From positions 1 through 47,705 of the forward strand of contig JAWLBL010000042.1 in the NCBI GenBank assembly GCA_041687695.1: 47,705 nucleotides of DNA. Reading direction: 5' to 3'. The stretch is from Myxococcota bacterium (GTDB taxonomy: Bacteria; Myxococcota_A; UBA9042; PHBI01; JAWLBL01). The notes under the pieces are model-generated. The model saw only the letters and a program-made list of their open reading frames with translations. It had not been told where the DNA came from and did no database searches. How positions within the stretch are numbered: position 1 is the first letter of the stretch; the number at the start of each line of letters is the position of its first letter. Positions 45,650-47,705 of the stretch are shown piece by piece. Position numbers and translations under genes: made by a program.

Positions 45650-47043
45650 AGCGCCTGGGTGTGCCGCACGGTCTGACGTTCGAACTCGACCTCCCCGCCG
45701 AGGGCCACCCTCAGGCTGAAGGGCCGTTGACCCTGCGCCTCGCGGGGCACCCCATCTGGCCCGATCCAGCGACAACGTCGGAGCCGGCCGTCCGCTGGCC
45801 TTGGATCGACCTCCTCGAGCACCTCACCGACTGCTGGCCCTACCTAGAGTGGGAGGAGTCCTACCCGGCCGAGCTCACCCCGCGCTGGCCCGACCAGCTC
45901 CGCAGCGCCGCCGTCTTGCAGCGAAGGCCCTCCGGTCAGCCGCTCGACGACGATGAAGACGAGGCCGTCTACGCTTTCGAACTCCGACACGACCTCGCCC
46001 CCGGACTACGCGGAGCCTACCTCCCGTCGGTTCGCTTCATGCGCGAGCGCTCGGACTTTCGCATCTCTGCCGGCCCAGCCGGCCGACCCGCCCTCACGCG
46101 CAGGCTACTAGCACCGGCCGCTGACGTGCTCGAGACCCTCGCAGGGCTCGGTGATGCCCTCGCCGACTGCATCGAGTGCGCCGGCGGCTCGACCGAGGTC
46201 GTCGAAGCCTGGCGCCTCCGCGCGCCCGACCCCGCCTCTCGGCGCGCCATCGCGGCCGGACCCGCCGCCTCGCGCGTCGCCCTCGACCGCGTCCCCCCCG
46301 CCCGCGAGGCCTCGTTCCTCGCAGCGGCCCGCATGTCCTCGCACGTCCCCGTCTCTCAACAGCAGAGGCTCCTCGACGTCCTCGCGCAAGCCCGACTCGG
46401 AGGCTCTCCTCAGCTCCAGGCGACCACCTCGCACGCGCAACAGGCTTTCGAGTTGGTGCGCCGCACCGCCCGTAGAACCTACGAAGAGGGTTACCTCCTC
46501 GCCGACTGGTTCCGCGACCACCTGGGCCTGACCTCCCAAGCGCCCTTCGACCCGCAAGCCTGGCTCGTCGCCCAAGGGGTGCCCATTCACCCTATCGACC
46601 TGGCCACGGACGCAATTGACGCCGTGGCCTTCTGGTCCGAGGACCCCGCCTGCGCCATCATCGTCAACCGCAACGGTCGCTTCGCCTCCACGCCCGAGGG
46701 CCTTCGCGCCACCCTGGCCCACGAGCTGGCCCATCTCCTCGTCGACCGCCGCGCGGGCCATGCAGCCGCCGAAGTCCTCGGCGGCGCCGGCCCCGAGATC
46801 CCCGAACAGCGCGCCCGCGCCTTCGCCGCCGAGCTCCTCCTCCCCCGCGCCTCCGCCGCCGTCTTCATCCGCGGCCACTCCGACGACCCCGACCGCCTCG
46901 ACGCGCTCCGCCAGACCTACGCCGTCTCTCGCGCCATCGCCGGCTGGCAGGTCCGCAACGGCCCCGCCCAGGGCTGGCTGACTCCCGCCGAGCACGCCCT
47001 CGTCCGCCAATGGACCCAGGACCGCACCGTCAGCCTCGACTGA
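45646..47043 (+). CDS. ImmA/IrrE-family (Peptidase M78) Zn metallopeptidase with a large N-terminal domain of unknown family
   Basis: IDAVA.W, IIVN, RATLAHELAHLL (HExxH), and EQRARAFAAELLLP; short HTH-like C-terminal segment. Confidence 0.88.
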   Translation: MKRLGVPHGLTFELDLPAEGHPQAEGPLTLRLAGHPIWPDPATTSEPAVRWPWIDLLEHLTDCWPYLEWEESYPAELTPRWPDQLRSAAVLQRRPSGQPLDDDEDEAVYAFELRHDLAPGLRGAYLPSVRFMRERSDFRISAGPAGRPALTRRLLAPAADVLETLAGLGDALADCIECAGGSTEVVEAWRLRAPDPASRRAIAAGPAASRVALDRVPPAREASFLAAARMSSHVPVSQQQRLLDVLAQARLGGSPQLQATTSHAQQAFELVRRTARRTYEEGYLLADWFRDHLGLTSQAPFDPQAWLVAQGVPIHPIDLATDAIDAVAFWSEDPACAIIVNRNGRFASTPEGLRATLAHELAHLLVDRRAGHAAAEVLGGAGPEIPEQRARAFAAELLLPRASAAVFIRGHSDDPDRLDALRQTYAVSRAIAGWQVRNGPAQGWLTPAEHALVRQWTQDRTVSLD

Positions 47044-47116
47044 CACTCGCGCCGACCTCAGCCGCTCTCCGCCGGACCCGGATAGTGAAATGTGATGAAC
47101 TCTGACACCTGGACTC

Positions 47117-47391
47117 CAGCCAATGCGCAAGCGCGTGCATGTGACACGTCGTCCCGGAACGACGCGGCCGTTCGGTAGCCCGCGCTCGACCGATGGGTCC
47201 GAAGGCTCTTGACAGTAACGGCTCTGGCCACGGAGTTGCGTGGAGTGCCCGCGCTCGCGCGGGCTCGTTGGATCGCGCCGCTTGCGGCGCTCACCTGCAG
47301 CCAATACGCAAGCGCGTGCACGTGACTCGTCGTCCCGGAACGACGCGGCCGTTCGGTAGCCCGCGCTCGACCGATGGGTCCGAAGGCTCTT
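47117..47391. repeat. Tandem ~181-bp element: 94-bp near-identical blocks at 47117-47210 and 47298-47391 with the GGAGTG palindrome between them
   Basis: CAGCCAAT(G/A)CGCAAGCGCGTGCA...CGTCGTCCCGGAACGACG...TCGGTAGCCCGCGCTCGACCGATGGGTCCGAAGGCTCTT occurs twice. Confidence 0.9.
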
Positions 47392-47705
47392 CGCAATCAG
47401 GGTTCTGACCGTTCTGCCCCCCCCCCGAAGTTGCGAAGGCGAGGCCGCGCTCGAGGTGCGGTGGGAGGGCTGAGCGGCGGCTACGGGCCGGGGTCGGGCT
47501 CGCCCGGGCCTCGGGCGCGCCGACCCCGGGCTCGGTCGGGTCGGGGCCGGCTGGGCGATGCCCGCGCCACCCGAGACGCGGTCCTCGGCCAGCACCACGA
47601 AGCTATAGTGTCCTGTCCCGGCTCCCCGTCCCGGGTTTGTCTCGCGGTCGTTTCCCGGTAGTTGGGCTGGGATGAGCCCCTCTCGGGTGTCCCGTCCCGC
47701 GTTCG

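Noticed and set aside
47117..47391. DGR template/variable repeat pair
   Set aside because: There are only about 3 differences in 94 bp, both copies are non-coding, and no reverse transcriptase is in the window.
46108..47705. Minus-strand open frame entering from the window end
   Set aside because: It runs through repeats and antisense to the peptidase with no recognisable domain. A short gene tail at the extreme end cannot be excluded.

Overview
Very GC-rich bacterial DNA. The Cys-rich surface lipoproteins, Asp/Pro-rich lipoprotein linkers and multidomain Ser/Thr kinase suggest a Myxococcota-like organism (inference). About 31 plausible CDSs were found; most long ORFs in the six-frame track are antisense or frame shadows. 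In order: a REP/REPIN-like palindromic repeat cluster (1-560); a minus-strand run of DUF2914, GH57, GalT-like, LonC-type protease and orphan GroES; PTS IIA, a tiny membrane ORF and ThrE; a kinase/zinc-ribbon/degenerate-cyclase/AAA/TPR protein; a 44-bp hairpin tandem array; Rrf2; HAD; tyrA, an AroH-prephenate dehydratase fusion and OsmC; a 1358-aa Cys/Gly-rich lipoprotein; an atypical SDR; a Na/Pi cotransporter; GH92; lipoproteins; a bacterial homolog of N-terminal glutamine amidase (NTAQ1); a ~2050-aa Cys-repeat lipoprotein; two P450s; and an SPL-like radical SAM. The window ends with a repeat-bounded two-gene module: a small 'HGYP' putative toxin coupled to an ImmA/IrrE metallopeptidase that lacks an Xre HTH. 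This module is the best candidate for an uncharacterised TA/anti-phage system. No rRNA, tRNA, CRISPR array, transposase or integrase was recognised. All family calls come from motif recognition by eye, not database searches.
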